DNA of 64,000 bases, from contig JAFLRZ010000007.1 of the NCBI GenBank assembly GCA_022511225.1, forward strand, positions 29,283 to 93,282, given 5' to 3'. The notes below the pieces were generated by a model, which ran no database searches, was not told the DNA's origin, and was given only the letters and a program-made list of their open reading frames with translations. The translations under genes and the position numbers were made by a program. The DNA comes from Eubacterium sp. GTDB lineage: Bacteria > Bacillota > Clostridia > Oscillospirales > Acutalibacteraceae. Shown here one piece after another: positions 45,464 through 54,408 of this stretch; within the stretch, counting starts at the first letter, position 1, and each line of letters starts with the position of its first letter.

Positions 45464-45706
45464 TTAAAGGATGCCTTCTTTTTTAAGGATGCTCTTAACA
45501 GTGTCAGTAGGCTGTGCACCGTTAGCAATCCACTTCTTTGCCTTATCTGCGTCAATCTTGATTTCAGCAGGATCTACCATTGTGTTGTATGTGCCGATTT
45601 CCTCGATGAAACGACCATCTCTTGGATATCTTGAATCTGCAACTACTACACGGTAGAAAGGAGCCTTCTTTGCACCCATACGACGAAGTCTGATTTTTAC
45701 TGCCAT
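45464..45706 (-). CDS. rpsP: 30S ribosomal protein S16
   Basis: [35 protein letters not shown]. Confidence 0.98.
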   Translation of the reverse strand: MAVKIRLRRMGAKKAPFYRVVVADSRYPRDGRFIEEIGTYNTMVDPAEIKIDADKAKKWIANGAQPTDTVKSILKKEGIL

Positions 45707-45777
45707 TTTTAATTACCTCCAAGTAAAATTATTTATAATTTATTATTTCAAACTAAGAGTTTGATTTTTAACGTTAA

Positions 45778-47175
45778 TTAGAATCCAAAGGGATTTGTAC
45801 CCTTCATACCGCCCATCATTTTTTCTGCCATTTCAGGATTTGCTTTCATCATCCTGCGCATTTTTTTGCTCATTTTCGGACCGCCTTTTCCGCCGCCGAA
45901 CTGCTTCATCATCTTTTGCATACTCTTAAACTGAGCAAGCAGTTTGTTTACGTCCTCGACCTGCATTCCGCAACCCATAGCAATTCTGCGCTTACGCGAC
46001 GGATTGATGATGTCAGGCTTAGTGCGTTCCTCTTTCGTCATAGAATAAATGATAGCACGGAATCTGCCGAAAGCATTTTCGTCAATATCCTCATCCTTGA
46101 TTTTACTGCCTATGCCGGGAATCATTTTTATTGTATCCCTAAGACTGCCCATTCTTTCAATCTGATCAAACTGATCAAGCAAATCGTTTAAATCAAATTT
46201 GTTCTTGGCAAGCTTCTTTTCAAGCTCGAGCGCCTTCTTTTCGTCAAGGCTCTGCTCTGCTCTTTCGATGAACGAAAGCACGTCGCCCATACCGAGAATA
46301 CGCGAAGCCATACGGCTTGGATGAAATGTTTCGAGATTATCGAGCTTTTCACCTGTACCCACAAACTTAATTGGCTTTCCCGTAACGGCTCTGACTGAAA
46401 GTGCGGCACCGCCTCGTGTATCACCGTCAAGCTTTGTGAGAATTACACCGTCAATACCGAGCGTTTCGTTAAAGCTTTTGGCAACGTTAACCGCATCCTG
46501 ACCTGTCATTGAATCGATAACGAGGAGAATTTCGTGCGGATGAACGGTTGAGCGGATATTTGTAAGCTCCTCCATAAGCTGCTCGTCAATGTGAAGTCTG
46601 CCTGCCGTATCAAGAAAAACGTAGTCGTTGCCGTGGTCCTTAGCATATTTAACGGCTTCCTCGGCTATTTTTACAGGATTTTCCGTTCCCATTTCAAATA
46701 CAGGTACGCCGACCTGCTCACCGACAACCTGTAACTGCTTAATAGCCGCAGGACGATAAACGTCGCAGGCAACGAGAAGCGGTCTGTGACCTTCTTTTTT
46801 GAGCTTTCGTGCAAGCTTTGCTGAATGGGTTGTTTTACCGCTACCCTGAAGGCCGCACATCATAACTATTGTAGGCGGATGATTAGCAATAGCAAGTCTT
46901 GACTCATTACCGCCCATAAGCTCTGTAAGCTCTTCATTTACAATCTTGATTACCATCTGCCCTGGAGTTAGCGACTCCATAACGTCGGCACCGATTGCAC
47001 GCTGGGTTACTTTTGCAGTAAATTCTTTTGAAACCTTATAGTTTACGTCGGCCTCGAGAAGTGCCATTCGCACCTCTCGCATTGCCTCTTTAACGTCTGA
47101 TTCCGTTAATTTACCCTTGGCTCTTAACTTTTTAAATGAATTTTCTAAGCGTTCGCTTAAGCCTTCAAATGCCAA
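45778..47175 (-). CDS. ffh: Signal recognition particle protein
   Basis: GLQGSGKTT, DTAGR, TKLDGDTRGGAALS, Met-rich M domain; TTG start. Confidence 0.97.
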   Translation of the reverse strand: MAFEGLSERLENSFKKLRAKGKLTESDVKEAMREVRMALLEADVNYKVSKEFTAKVTQRAIGADVMESLTPGQMVIKIVNEELTELMGGNESRLAIANHPPTIVMMCGLQGSGKTTHSAKLARKLKKEGHRPLLVACDVYRPAAIKQLQVVGEQVGVPVFEMGTENPVKIAEEAVKYAKDHGNDYVFLDTAGRLHIDEQLMEELTNIRSTVHPHEILLVIDSMTGQDAVNVAKSFNETLGIDGVILTKLDGDTRGGAALSVRAVTGKPIKFVGTGEKLDNLETFHPSRMASRILGMGDVLSFIERAEQSLDEKKALELEKKLAKNKFDLNDLLDQFDQIERMGSLRDTIKMIPGIGSKIKDEDIDENAFGRFRAIIYSMTKEERTKPDIINPSRKRRIAMGCGMQVEDVNKLLAQFKSMQKMMKQFGGGKGGPKMSKKMRRMMKANPEMAEKMMGGMKGTNPFGF

Positions 47176-47189
47176 GAAATCAGCTCCTA

Positions 47190-47555
47190 TCAGCCCTCTT
47201 TAAGAAAAGAGGCTATTGTTTTGATACGGGCAACGCTGTCATTAATCTCTCTTGACAAGCTGTGATTAAGATTATATTCATTAATAATCTCAGCACATTC
47301 AAGTATTTCGTCAGCACCTTTTTTGAGCTCGGTAAAGCGTCTTGCAAGTCCAAGTCTTTTTTCCATATCGAAAAGCTGAGTTTCAGCCCTCTTTATGGAA
47401 TCACGAACTCCCTGACGGGTTATGCCCTCATTTTCTGCAATTTCTGATAAGGAAAGGTCCTCTTCATAATAGTATTCAAGGAAGTCATGCTGCTTTTTTG
47501 TAAGCATTTCGCCATAGAAATCAAGCAGAAACGGAATTTCGAGATTCTTCGGCAT
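47190..47555 (-). CDS. ylxM: YlxM family DNA-binding protein
   Basis: LLDFYGEMLTKKQ..FLEYYYEEDLSLSEIAE..GITRQGVRDSIKRAE; directly upstream of ffh. Confidence 0.92.
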   Translation of the reverse strand: MPKNLEIPFLLDFYGEMLTKKQHDFLEYYYEEDLSLSEIAENEGITRQGVRDSIKRAETQLFDMEKRLGLARRFTELKKGADEILECAEIINEYNLNHSLSREINDSVARIKTIASFLKEG

Positions 47556-47611
47556 AACTACCTCTCCTTTCAAAATCAAGTGTAAAGTAATAAATCTTTA
47601 CAGCAGTGAAC

Positions 47612-47640
47612 ATTATACTAAAGTGAATTAGTGTTGTCAA
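47612..47640 (-). promoter_or_regulatory. SigA promoter of the ylxM-ffh-rpsP operon
   Basis: TTGACA, 17 nt, TATAAT (perfect). Confidence 0.8.
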
Positions 47641-47684
47641 GAGAAAAAATGATAAATTTTATGATAATATTTTTGCCTTTTTGC

Positions 47685-47714
47685 TTGACACAAGTTATAG
47701 GTATAACTTAAAAT
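47685..47714 (+). promoter_or_regulatory. Candidate azlC promoter with a palindromic spacer
   Basis: TTGACA, 18 nt, TAAAAT; perfect AAGTTATA-GG-TATAACTT at 47692-47709. Confidence 0.45.
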
Positions 47715-47789
47715 TTATCATCAAAATATAGGTGTTATATTGAAATAATGGTACGATTGATTTATAATAGCTTAAGTTGAGGTATAGCT

Positions 47790-48509
47790 ATGGATAAAAA
47801 TATAAATGAAAATATAAAGGCAACGCTGTTATTTGCCTTTAAAAAATCTCTGCCTGTAATGTTTGGCTATCTGTTTTTAGGCTCGGCGTTCGGTATAATG
47901 CTCTATGAAGCAGGCTATAACTGGGTATGGGCAGTATTTACGTCAATTGTTGTTTATGCCGGCTCGGGGCAGTTCGTTCTGGTAAGCCTGCTTAGCAGCG
48001 GTGCATCAATTGCGACTACTGCAATGATGTCGCTTTTCATAAATTCAAGGCATATTATTTACGGCTTAAGCTACATAGAAAAATTCAAAAAGGGCGGCTG
48101 GCGATATCCCTTTATGATATTCGGACTGACTGACGAAACTTATTCAATAAACACGTCATTCACAACTGTTCCCGATAACGTAAACGAGGTTAAGGCAAGG
48201 TACTTCATAAGCCTTTTTGACCACATATACTGGATAATCGGCTCAGTTATCGGCTCGCTTGCAGGACAGACTATACCGATTGATTTTACGGGAATTGATT
48301 TTTCGATGACTGCACTTTTTGTAGTAATATTTATAGATTTGTTCAGAAAGCAAAACGGCAGAAAAAAGCTTGTGGGCATAATAGGAATTGTATGTGCACT
48401 TATTTGCCTTATAATTTTTGGCGCAGACAAATTCCTTCTTCCTGCTCTTATTCTCACTGTTGCAGTGCTTTCAGGCAGTAAGAATTATTTTAGCAAGGAG
48501 GTAGTGTGA
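47790..48509 (+). CDS. azlC: AzlC family branched-chain amino acid exporter
   Basis: AFKKSLPVMFGY, VYAGSGQF, INSRH..YG, LTDETY, GIDF.MTALF. Confidence 0.92.
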   Translation: MDKNINENIKATLLFAFKKSLPVMFGYLFLGSAFGIMLYEAGYNWVWAVFTSIVVYAGSGQFVLVSLLSSGASIATTAMMSLFINSRHIIYGLSYIEKFKKGGWRYPFMIFGLTDETYSINTSFTTVPDNVNEVKARYFISLFDHIYWIIGSVIGSLAGQTIPIDFTGIDFSMTALFVVIFIDLFRKQNGRKKLVGIIGIVCALICLIIFGADKFLLPALILTVAVLSGSKNYFSKEVV

Positions 48510-48510
48510 T

Positions 48511-48846
48511 ATGCCTCTTTCAGTCGGCAGAACAGTTATACTTATACTCGTAGCAGCAGTATGCACCTTTGCTACAAGGCTCTTTCCTTTCGCTCTGTTC
48601 AGTGGTAAAAAGGAAATACCAAAATTCGTTAAATATCTCGGTGAGATTCTTCCTCCGGCAATTATAGGTGTACTTATTATCTACTGCCTTAGGGATATGA
48701 CAGGCGGTGATTTTAACACCATTCTTCCTCAGCTTATTGCAGTAGGTGCAACGGCGATTATGCATATCTGGAGAAAAAACACGCTTTTGAGCATTGCAGT
48801 AGGTACTGTGGGATATATGCTGCTGATACATTTTGTTTTTGTCTAA
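48511..48846 (+). CDS. azlD: AzlD family branched-chain amino acid exporter subunit
   Basis: TRLFPF...YLG..LPPAIIG.L.IYCL...H.WRKNTLLSI..GT. Confidence 0.9.
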   Translation: MPLSVGRTVILILVAAVCTFATRLFPFALFSGKKEIPKFVKYLGEILPPAIIGVLIIYCLRDMTGGDFNTILPQLIAVGATAIMHIWRKNTLLSIAVGTVGYMLLIHFVFV

Positions 48847-48946
48847 ATTCAACAAATACGGCTGAAAATTTTTTACGCCTGTATTGTTGAAAAAAATCTT
48901 TTGCTAATGTACAATTGTATTATAAGAAGTCTATGGGGGTTAACGT

Positions 48947-49591
48947 ATGGATAAGCCTATTTATACTATCAAATCAAAGGCTGATGAGCGTGTTTTTATT
49001 CACGCAATGGCAGGTCACTTCGTCACTGCATCATCACATATGAATTATTATATAGGAACATCTGATATCAAGCATAATCACGATGTATCTGTAGATGCTG
49101 CTATGCTGATGGCAAGATATTATTTTGAAAATGATATTGAAGTTGACAGTGTACTGTGTCTTTATGAAACACAGGCACTCGGAGCATACCTTGCTCACGA
49201 GCTTTCAAGAGTAAATATTCTTAACCCTAACCCAAGCAACACCAAATACGTTCTTGGTCCTGAATACGATGCTCAGGGAAATATCATATTTAGAGATAAT
49301 CTCAGAAAGCTTATTGCAGGCAAAAAGGTTTTGCTTCTTATATCCTGTATTACAAGCGGTAAGACTATCGAAAGAGCGATGGAAAGTGTATCGTACTACG
49401 GAGGCACTACGGTAGGAATTACATCAATTTTCTCTGCCGTTGACAGCGTTGACGGCGTTCACGTAAATTCTATTTTCACAACTGAGGACTTGCCTGCTTA
49501 TCAGGCATATAACCCTCACGAGTGCCCTCACTGCAGAGCCGGAGAAAGAGTAGACGCAATCTCAAACGGCTACGGATATTCACTGCTATAA
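48947..49591 (+). CDS. PyrE-like type I phosphoribosyltransferase homologue with a degenerate PRPP motif
   Basis: GHF...S.H...Y N-terminus; KKVLLLISCITSGKT replaces VDDVxTTGxS; C-terminal CPHC. Confidence 0.65.
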   Translation: MDKPIYTIKSKADERVFIHAMAGHFVTASSHMNYYIGTSDIKHNHDVSVDAAMLMARYYFENDIEVDSVLCLYETQALGAYLAHELSRVNILNPNPSNTKYVLGPEYDAQGNIIFRDNLRKLIAGKKVLLLISCITSGKTIERAMESVSYYGGTTVGITSIFSAVDSVDGVHVNSIFTTEDLPAYQAYNPHECPHCRAGERVDAISNGYGYSLL

Positions 49592-49611
49592 GCATAAAGC
49601 ATATAATACAC

Positions 49612-49639
49612 TTGACAAATAATATTATTTTGATATAAT
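49612..49639 (+). promoter_or_regulatory. SigA promoter of the leu leader
   Basis: TTGACA, 16 nt, TG-n-TATAAT. Confidence 0.75.
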
Positions 49640-49664
49640 ATCATTACAATTTAATAGTACCCAA

Positions 49665-49922
49665 GCAAAAACTGTGAAGCAGAAAAAGATTTTTCATTTT
49701 AGTTAAAGAGAGTCGGCGGAGGGTGTAAGCCGATACAAAATGATTAATGTATAGCTCTCTGCAGAGTTGCTGTTCTGAATAGTAATTAATAGGAACAGTC
49801 GCGTGGCTGCGTTAAAGGCAAAGGCATTGATTGATGCTAAAGGGCAGTAATTACTGCTGAAATAGGGTGGTACCGTGTAGTTTACTACGCCCCTATACAT
49901 TCTGTGTAGGGGCTGTTTTTTT
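49665..49922 (+). ncRNA. T-box riboswitch (probably Leu) upstream of leuA
   Basis: T-box AAATAGGGTGGTACCGTG at 49860-49877; AGAGA and GGTGTAAG stem I motifs; terminator GCCCCTATAC/GTGTAGGGGC plus T-run; candidate CUC specifier near 49755 (not certain). Confidence 0.88.
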
Positions 49923-49960
49923 GCTCCTGTGCAAATGCAAAATTGAAAGGAGAAATTATT

Positions 49961-51697
49961 ATGAAAAAGGGTTACGAAAAATACGTAGGCTTCAAGCCAA
50001 TCAACATTCCGGACAGAACATGGCCTGACAAGACTATCACCAAAGCTCCTATCTGGTGCTCAGTTGATATGAGAGACGGCAATCAGGCACTTGTTGATCC
50101 GATGAATCTTCAGGAGAAGTTAGAACTTTTCTCTACGCTTGTTAAAATCGGCGTAAAGGAAATTGAAGTAGGCTTCCCTTCTGCAAGCGAAACGGAATAT
50201 GAAATTCTGCGCACTCTTATCGAAGGCGGATATATTCCTGACGACGTTACTATTCAGGTGCTTGTTCAGGCAAGAGAGCATCTTATCAAAAAGACGTTTG
50301 AGGCTATCAAGGGTGCTAAAAACGTTATCGTTCATTTTTATAATTCCACATCAACTCTTCAGCGTAAGGTTGTTTTCCACACTGATATGCAGGGTGTAAT
50401 CGATATTGCCGTTAACGGAGCTAAGCTTATATACGAGCTTACCGAGGAGCAGAAGAAAACAAATCCCGAAACAAACATCAGATTTGAATACAGCCCTGAA
50501 AGCTTTACGGGAACGGAGATGGATAACGCTGTGGAAATCTGCCGTCAGGTTATGGAGGAGCTTCATATCACGAAGGAGAATCCTATCATTCTCAATCTTC
50601 CGTCAACTGTTGAGGGTTCTACGCCAAACGGCTATGCAGATCAGATTGAATACTTCTGCCGTCATCTTCCAAACCGCGATGCGGCTATAATTTCACTTCA
50701 TCCTCATAATGACAGAGGTACAGGTGTTGCTGCTGCAGAGCTTGCACTCCTTGCAGGTGCTGACAGAATTGAGGGTACACTTTTCGGAAACGGCGAAAGA
50801 ACGGGTAACGTTGATATGGTTACACTCGCTCTTAATATGTGGACACAGGGCATAGATCCTGAGCTTGATTTCAGCAATATTAACGAAATCAAAGAGGTAT
50901 ACGAGAGAACAACTAAGATGTCTGTTCCGCCTCGTCATCCGTACGCAGGCGAGCTTGTATTCACCGCATTTTCAGGCTCGCATCAGGATGCTATCAACAA
51001 GGGCAAGATTTATATGGAGGAAAGCCATACCGACTTATGGGAGGTGCCTTATCTTCCGATAGACCCTGCCGACGTCGGCAGAGAATACGAGCCTATCATT
51101 CGTATCAATTCACAAAGTGGTAAGGGCGGTACTGCATATATTCTTTCATCAGAATACGGAATCAAAATGCCCAAGGCAATGCATCCGGAATTCGGTGCAG
51201 TAGTACAGAAAGCCTGCGACGAAAAGGGCAAGGAGCTTAAGACTACTGAGATTTTCGACTTGTTCCAGAAGGAATACAGAAACGTATGCGGTCCTTACAG
51301 ACTTATGAATTATAAAACCAGTGAGGAAAAGAACGAAGAGGATTACCTTACGTCTGTTCACTTTACGGGTCAGCTCAAATATAAGGACAATGTGCCTGTA
51401 CAAATAGAAGGAACCGGCTCAGGTCCTATCGGTGCATTCTTCTCGGCTATACAGAAGGTCGGCATTACGGGATATGAATTTGTTGACTACAGCGAGCACG
51501 CAATTTCTGTAGGCAGCGACTCAAAGGCTATCAGCTACATTCATCTTAAAAATCCGCAGGGCAAAGATGTTTTCGGTATCGGCGTAAGCCACAACATTAC
51601 CTATGCATCAATGAAAGGCATTATCTGCGCAATCAACCGTGATCAGGAGGATACAATGCGCGACGATACAATGCCCGGTATATTTGATATCTGCTAA
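49961..51697 (+). CDS. leuA: 2-isopropylmalate synthase (long, yeast/actinobacterial type)
   Basis: WCSVDMRDGNQAL, EIEVGFPSAS, SLHPHNDRGTG, GNGERTGN, AFSGSHQDAI. Confidence 0.95.
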   Translation: MKKGYEKYVGFKPINIPDRTWPDKTITKAPIWCSVDMRDGNQALVDPMNLQEKLELFSTLVKIGVKEIEVGFPSASETEYEILRTLIEGGYIPDDVTIQVLVQAREHLIKKTFEAIKGAKNVIVHFYNSTSTLQRKVVFHTDMQGVIDIAVNGAKLIYELTEEQKKTNPETNIRFEYSPESFTGTEMDNAVEICRQVMEELHITKENPIILNLPSTVEGSTPNGYADQIEYFCRHLPNRDAAIISLHPHNDRGTGVAAAELALLAGADRIEGTLFGNGERTGNVDMVTLALNMWTQGIDPELDFSNINEIKEVYERTTKMSVPPRHPYAGELVFTAFSGSHQDAINKGKIYMEESHTDLWEVPYLPIDPADVGREYEPIIRINSQSGKGGTAYILSSEYGIKMPKAMHPEFGAVVQKACDEKGKELKTTEIFDLFQKEYRNVCGPYRLMNYKTSEEKNEEDYLTSVHFTGQLKYKDNVPVQIEGTGSGPIGAFFSAIQKVGITGYEFVDYSEHAISVGSDSKAISYIHLKNPQGKDVFGIGVSHNITYASMKGIICAINRDQEDTMRDDTMPGIFDIC

Positions 51698-51709
51698 GGA
51701 GATTACTCT

Positions 51710-51922
51710 GTGGAAACTGTCGCTATTATATTGAATATTCTCAAAATAATTATTGGAATAGTTCTACTGATTGTTTCTGTTAATTTGATAAAAACAATTA
51801 AAAGCAACCCGAATAAAACAGTTGAAAATATTTCCGATAAGATTAATAAGAAACTGAGTGCAGTAGCTGTTTTAGCGATAGCTGAAGCTGTATTGTGCAC
51901 GATCAGCATTATTATGAAATAG
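51710..51922 (+). CDS. Small two-TM hypothetical protein
   Basis: GTG after AAGGAG; two hydrophobic helices; 70 aa. Confidence 0.55.
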   Translation: METVAIILNILKIIIGIVLLIVSVNLIKTIKSNPNKTVENISDKINKKLSAVAVLAIAEAVLCTISIIMK

Positions 51923-51946
51923 TAGTTATACAAGTTGGAGGGAATA

Positions 51947-52696
51947 ATGAAGAATCGTTGGGATTCCAACAATTATACCAATAATTTTCAGTTTGTCCAC
52001 AAATACGGTGAGGGAGTTCTTGAGCTTCTTACAGTGCCGAAAGGCAGTTACGTTATTGATATCGGTTGCGGAAACGGAGCGTTGACTGAGAAACTCGCTG
52101 AAAAAGGCTACCGCACTTTGGCAATTGACTCATCGACGCAGATGCTCGAAAAAGCAAAAGAGCTTCACCCAGAGCTCGATTTTAGACTTGACGATGCATG
52201 TGAATTTCGATTAACTGAAAAAGCAGACGCGATATTTTCTAATGCTGTATTTCACTGGATAGACGATCACGATAAATTAGTGAAAAATATTTCCGAGAAT
52301 CTGAAATCAGGCGGAGAATTCGTGTTTGAATTTGGCGGAAAGGGATGCGCTGAAAACGTTCATAAAGCTATGGAGCAAGCCTTTTCATCGTTTGGACTAA
52401 AATACAAAAACAATTTTAATTTCCGTTCAATAGGTGAATTCGCTCCTCTGCTTGAAAAGCACGGCTTTTCGGTTAAATATGCCGTGCTTTACGACAGACC
52501 CACGGAGCAGGCAGGCGAAAACGGGCTTGAAAACTGGATAAATATGTTTTTAGGCTCGGCGTTTAGCAGTATCGACAATAACATGAAAGCCGAAATCATC
52601 AAAAAAGTTGTTGAAATCTGCATGCCGAAGCTGTATACTGACGAAAAATGGTTTGTGGATTACGTCAGATTACAAATGAAAGCAATAAAATTATAG
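51947..52696 (+). CDS. Class I SAM-dependent methyltransferase (Tam-like)
   Basis: WD..NY, VIDIGCGNGALT, IFSNAVFHWI, DYVRLQM. ATG 51947 follows GGAGG; the ORF-track start is 51935. Confidence 0.85.
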   Translation: MKNRWDSNNYTNNFQFVHKYGEGVLELLTVPKGSYVIDIGCGNGALTEKLAEKGYRTLAIDSSTQMLEKAKELHPELDFRLDDACEFRLTEKADAIFSNAVFHWIDDHDKLVKNISENLKSGGEFVFEFGGKGCAENVHKAMEQAFSSFGLKYKNNFNFRSIGEFAPLLEKHGFSVKYAVLYDRPTEQAGENGLENWINMFLGSAFSSIDNNMKAEIIKKVVEICMPKLYTDEKWFVDYVRLQMKAIKL

Positions 52697-52736
52697 GTAA
52701 ATTAATGTGACTACATTTCTATAAGAGGCACGTTTT

Positions 52737-53192
52737 ATGAAAGTTTTCACTAAAGAATGGTACTATTATACGAGTGCTTACAATGGTAAAACCATGCCGT
52801 ATTTAAGCTACGTGAAAGAAAATTTACCGCGATGGTATAGTGATTTCTCCATTCACGATAATCAAATTAAAAAAGTCATCAGGACAGATAATTTGATTAT
52901 ACTGGATTCAGTGTATGATGATTACAAATCAACTAAATACCAACTTAAGTTTTATAATCCGATAGTAATTGAAGATTGTAAAATGGAAAACGCATGGTGT
53001 TTATGCGACGAAGTATATTTAACTGAAGATGGATGTGAGTATCATTTATTAATTCAGGATTTTAATGATAATAATGTTTTGAATTATTTCACAGTTAAAT
53101 GTTCAAATATTGAGCTTGATATGAATGGAAAAACATTTAAAATAATCGGTGATTCAGGGAATAAATCGTTATTCGACGAGCAGGAAGAATAG
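52737..53192 (+). CDS. DUF4085-like hypothetical protein (short)
   Basis: Starts MKVFTKEWY; contains IHDNQI and WCLCDEVY...EYHLLI, as recalled for DUF4085; AT-rich. Confidence 0.5.
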   Translation: MKVFTKEWYYYTSAYNGKTMPYLSYVKENLPRWYSDFSIHDNQIKKVIRTDNLIILDSVYDDYKSTKYQLKFYNPIVIEDCKMENAWCLCDEVYLTEDGCEYHLLIQDFNDNNVLNYFTVKCSNIELDMNGKTFKIIGDSGNKSLFDEQEE

Positions 53193-53260
53193 ATTATGAA
53201 TCGATTTTTTGGGATTAAATTAAACGGAAAATTAATTCAAAAATATATCAGGAGGAAGAT

Positions 53261-54331
53261 ATGAAAGATTATAAAATTACAGTATTAAAGGGTGACGGAA
53301 TCGGTCCTGAAATAGTTGATGAATGTATAAAGGTACTTGATAAGGCGGGTGAAAAATTCGGTTTCAAGCTTAACTACAATTATCAGCTTTTAGGCGGAAG
53401 CGCTATTGACGCTACAGGTGTTCCGTTTCCTAAAGAAACAGAGGTTGCCTGCAAGGCTTCGGATGCAGTGCTTTTAGGCTCTGTAGGAGGTCCTAAGTGG
53501 GATACTCTTCCGAGTGAAATCAGACCTGAAAAGGGACTTCTTGCAATCCGTGAGGCTCTCGGATTATTTGCTAACCTGCGTCCTGCAAAGATTTTTGCTC
53601 CTCTTAAATCTGCATCACCTTTGAAGGAAGAAATTATCGGTGACGAGCTTGATATTCTCATTGTAAGAGAGCTTACAGGCGGTATTTATTTTGGTGACAG
53701 AGCAACCTACGAGGAAAACGGCGTTCTCGGTGCTTATGATACTGAAAGATACACTTATCCTGAGATTAAGAGAATTGTTAAGGCAGGCTTCGAATACGCA
53801 ATGAAACGCGGCAAGAAGCTTACTTGTGTTGACAAGGCTAACGTTCTTGACTCGTCAAAGCTCTGGAGAAAGGTTATGGAGGAAATCTCAAAGGATTATC
53901 CTGAGGTTGAGGTTTCTTATATGTACGTTGACAACTGCGCAATGCAGCTTGTACGCAATCCTAATCAGTTTGACACTATCGTTACTTCAAATATTTTCGG
54001 TGACATTCTTTCTGACGAGGCATCAATGATTTCGGGTTCAATCGGAATGCTTGCATCTGCATCTCTTGCTGAGGGCACTTTCGGTCTTTACGAGCCTATT
54101 CACGGCTCTGCTCCTGATATTGCAGGTCAGGGCAAGGCAAATCCGCTTGCGACAATTCTTTCTGGTGCAATGATGCTTCGCTACAGTCTTGGTGAGAGCG
54201 ACGCCGCAGATGCGATTGAAAAGGCTGTTGACACGGCTCTTACTAAGGTAAGAACTCCTGACATTGCTGAGGACGGTTTTGAAACTGTAAGCACATCGCA
54301 GATGGGTGACGTAGTAGCAGAGCTGTTGTAA
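53261..54331 (+). CDS. leuB: 3-isopropylmalate dehydrogenase
   Basis: [48 protein letters not shown]. Confidence 0.96.
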   Translation: MKDYKITVLKGDGIGPEIVDECIKVLDKAGEKFGFKLNYNYQLLGGSAIDATGVPFPKETEVACKASDAVLLGSVGGPKWDTLPSEIRPEKGLLAIREALGLFANLRPAKIFAPLKSASPLKEEIIGDELDILIVRELTGGIYFGDRATYEENGVLGAYDTERYTYPEIKRIVKAGFEYAMKRGKKLTCVDKANVLDSSKLWRKVMEEISKDYPEVEVSYMYVDNCAMQLVRNPNQFDTIVTSNIFGDILSDEASMISGSIGMLASASLAEGTFGLYEPIHGSAPDIAGQGKANPLATILSGAMMLRYSLGESDAADAIEKAVDTALTKVRTPDIAEDGFETVSTSQMGDVVAELL

Positions 54332-54356
54332 TTTAAAAAAATCAAATTTGATAAAC

Positions 54357-54396
54357 AAAAAGAGTTATCTCGGTCTGAACTGAGATAACTCTTTTT
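54357..54396. terminator. Bidirectional terminator leuB/mutS2
   Basis: AAAAAGAGTTATCTCG / TGAGATAACTCTTTTT. Confidence 0.85.
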
Positions 54397-54408
54397 TTAT
54401 GTTTTTAT

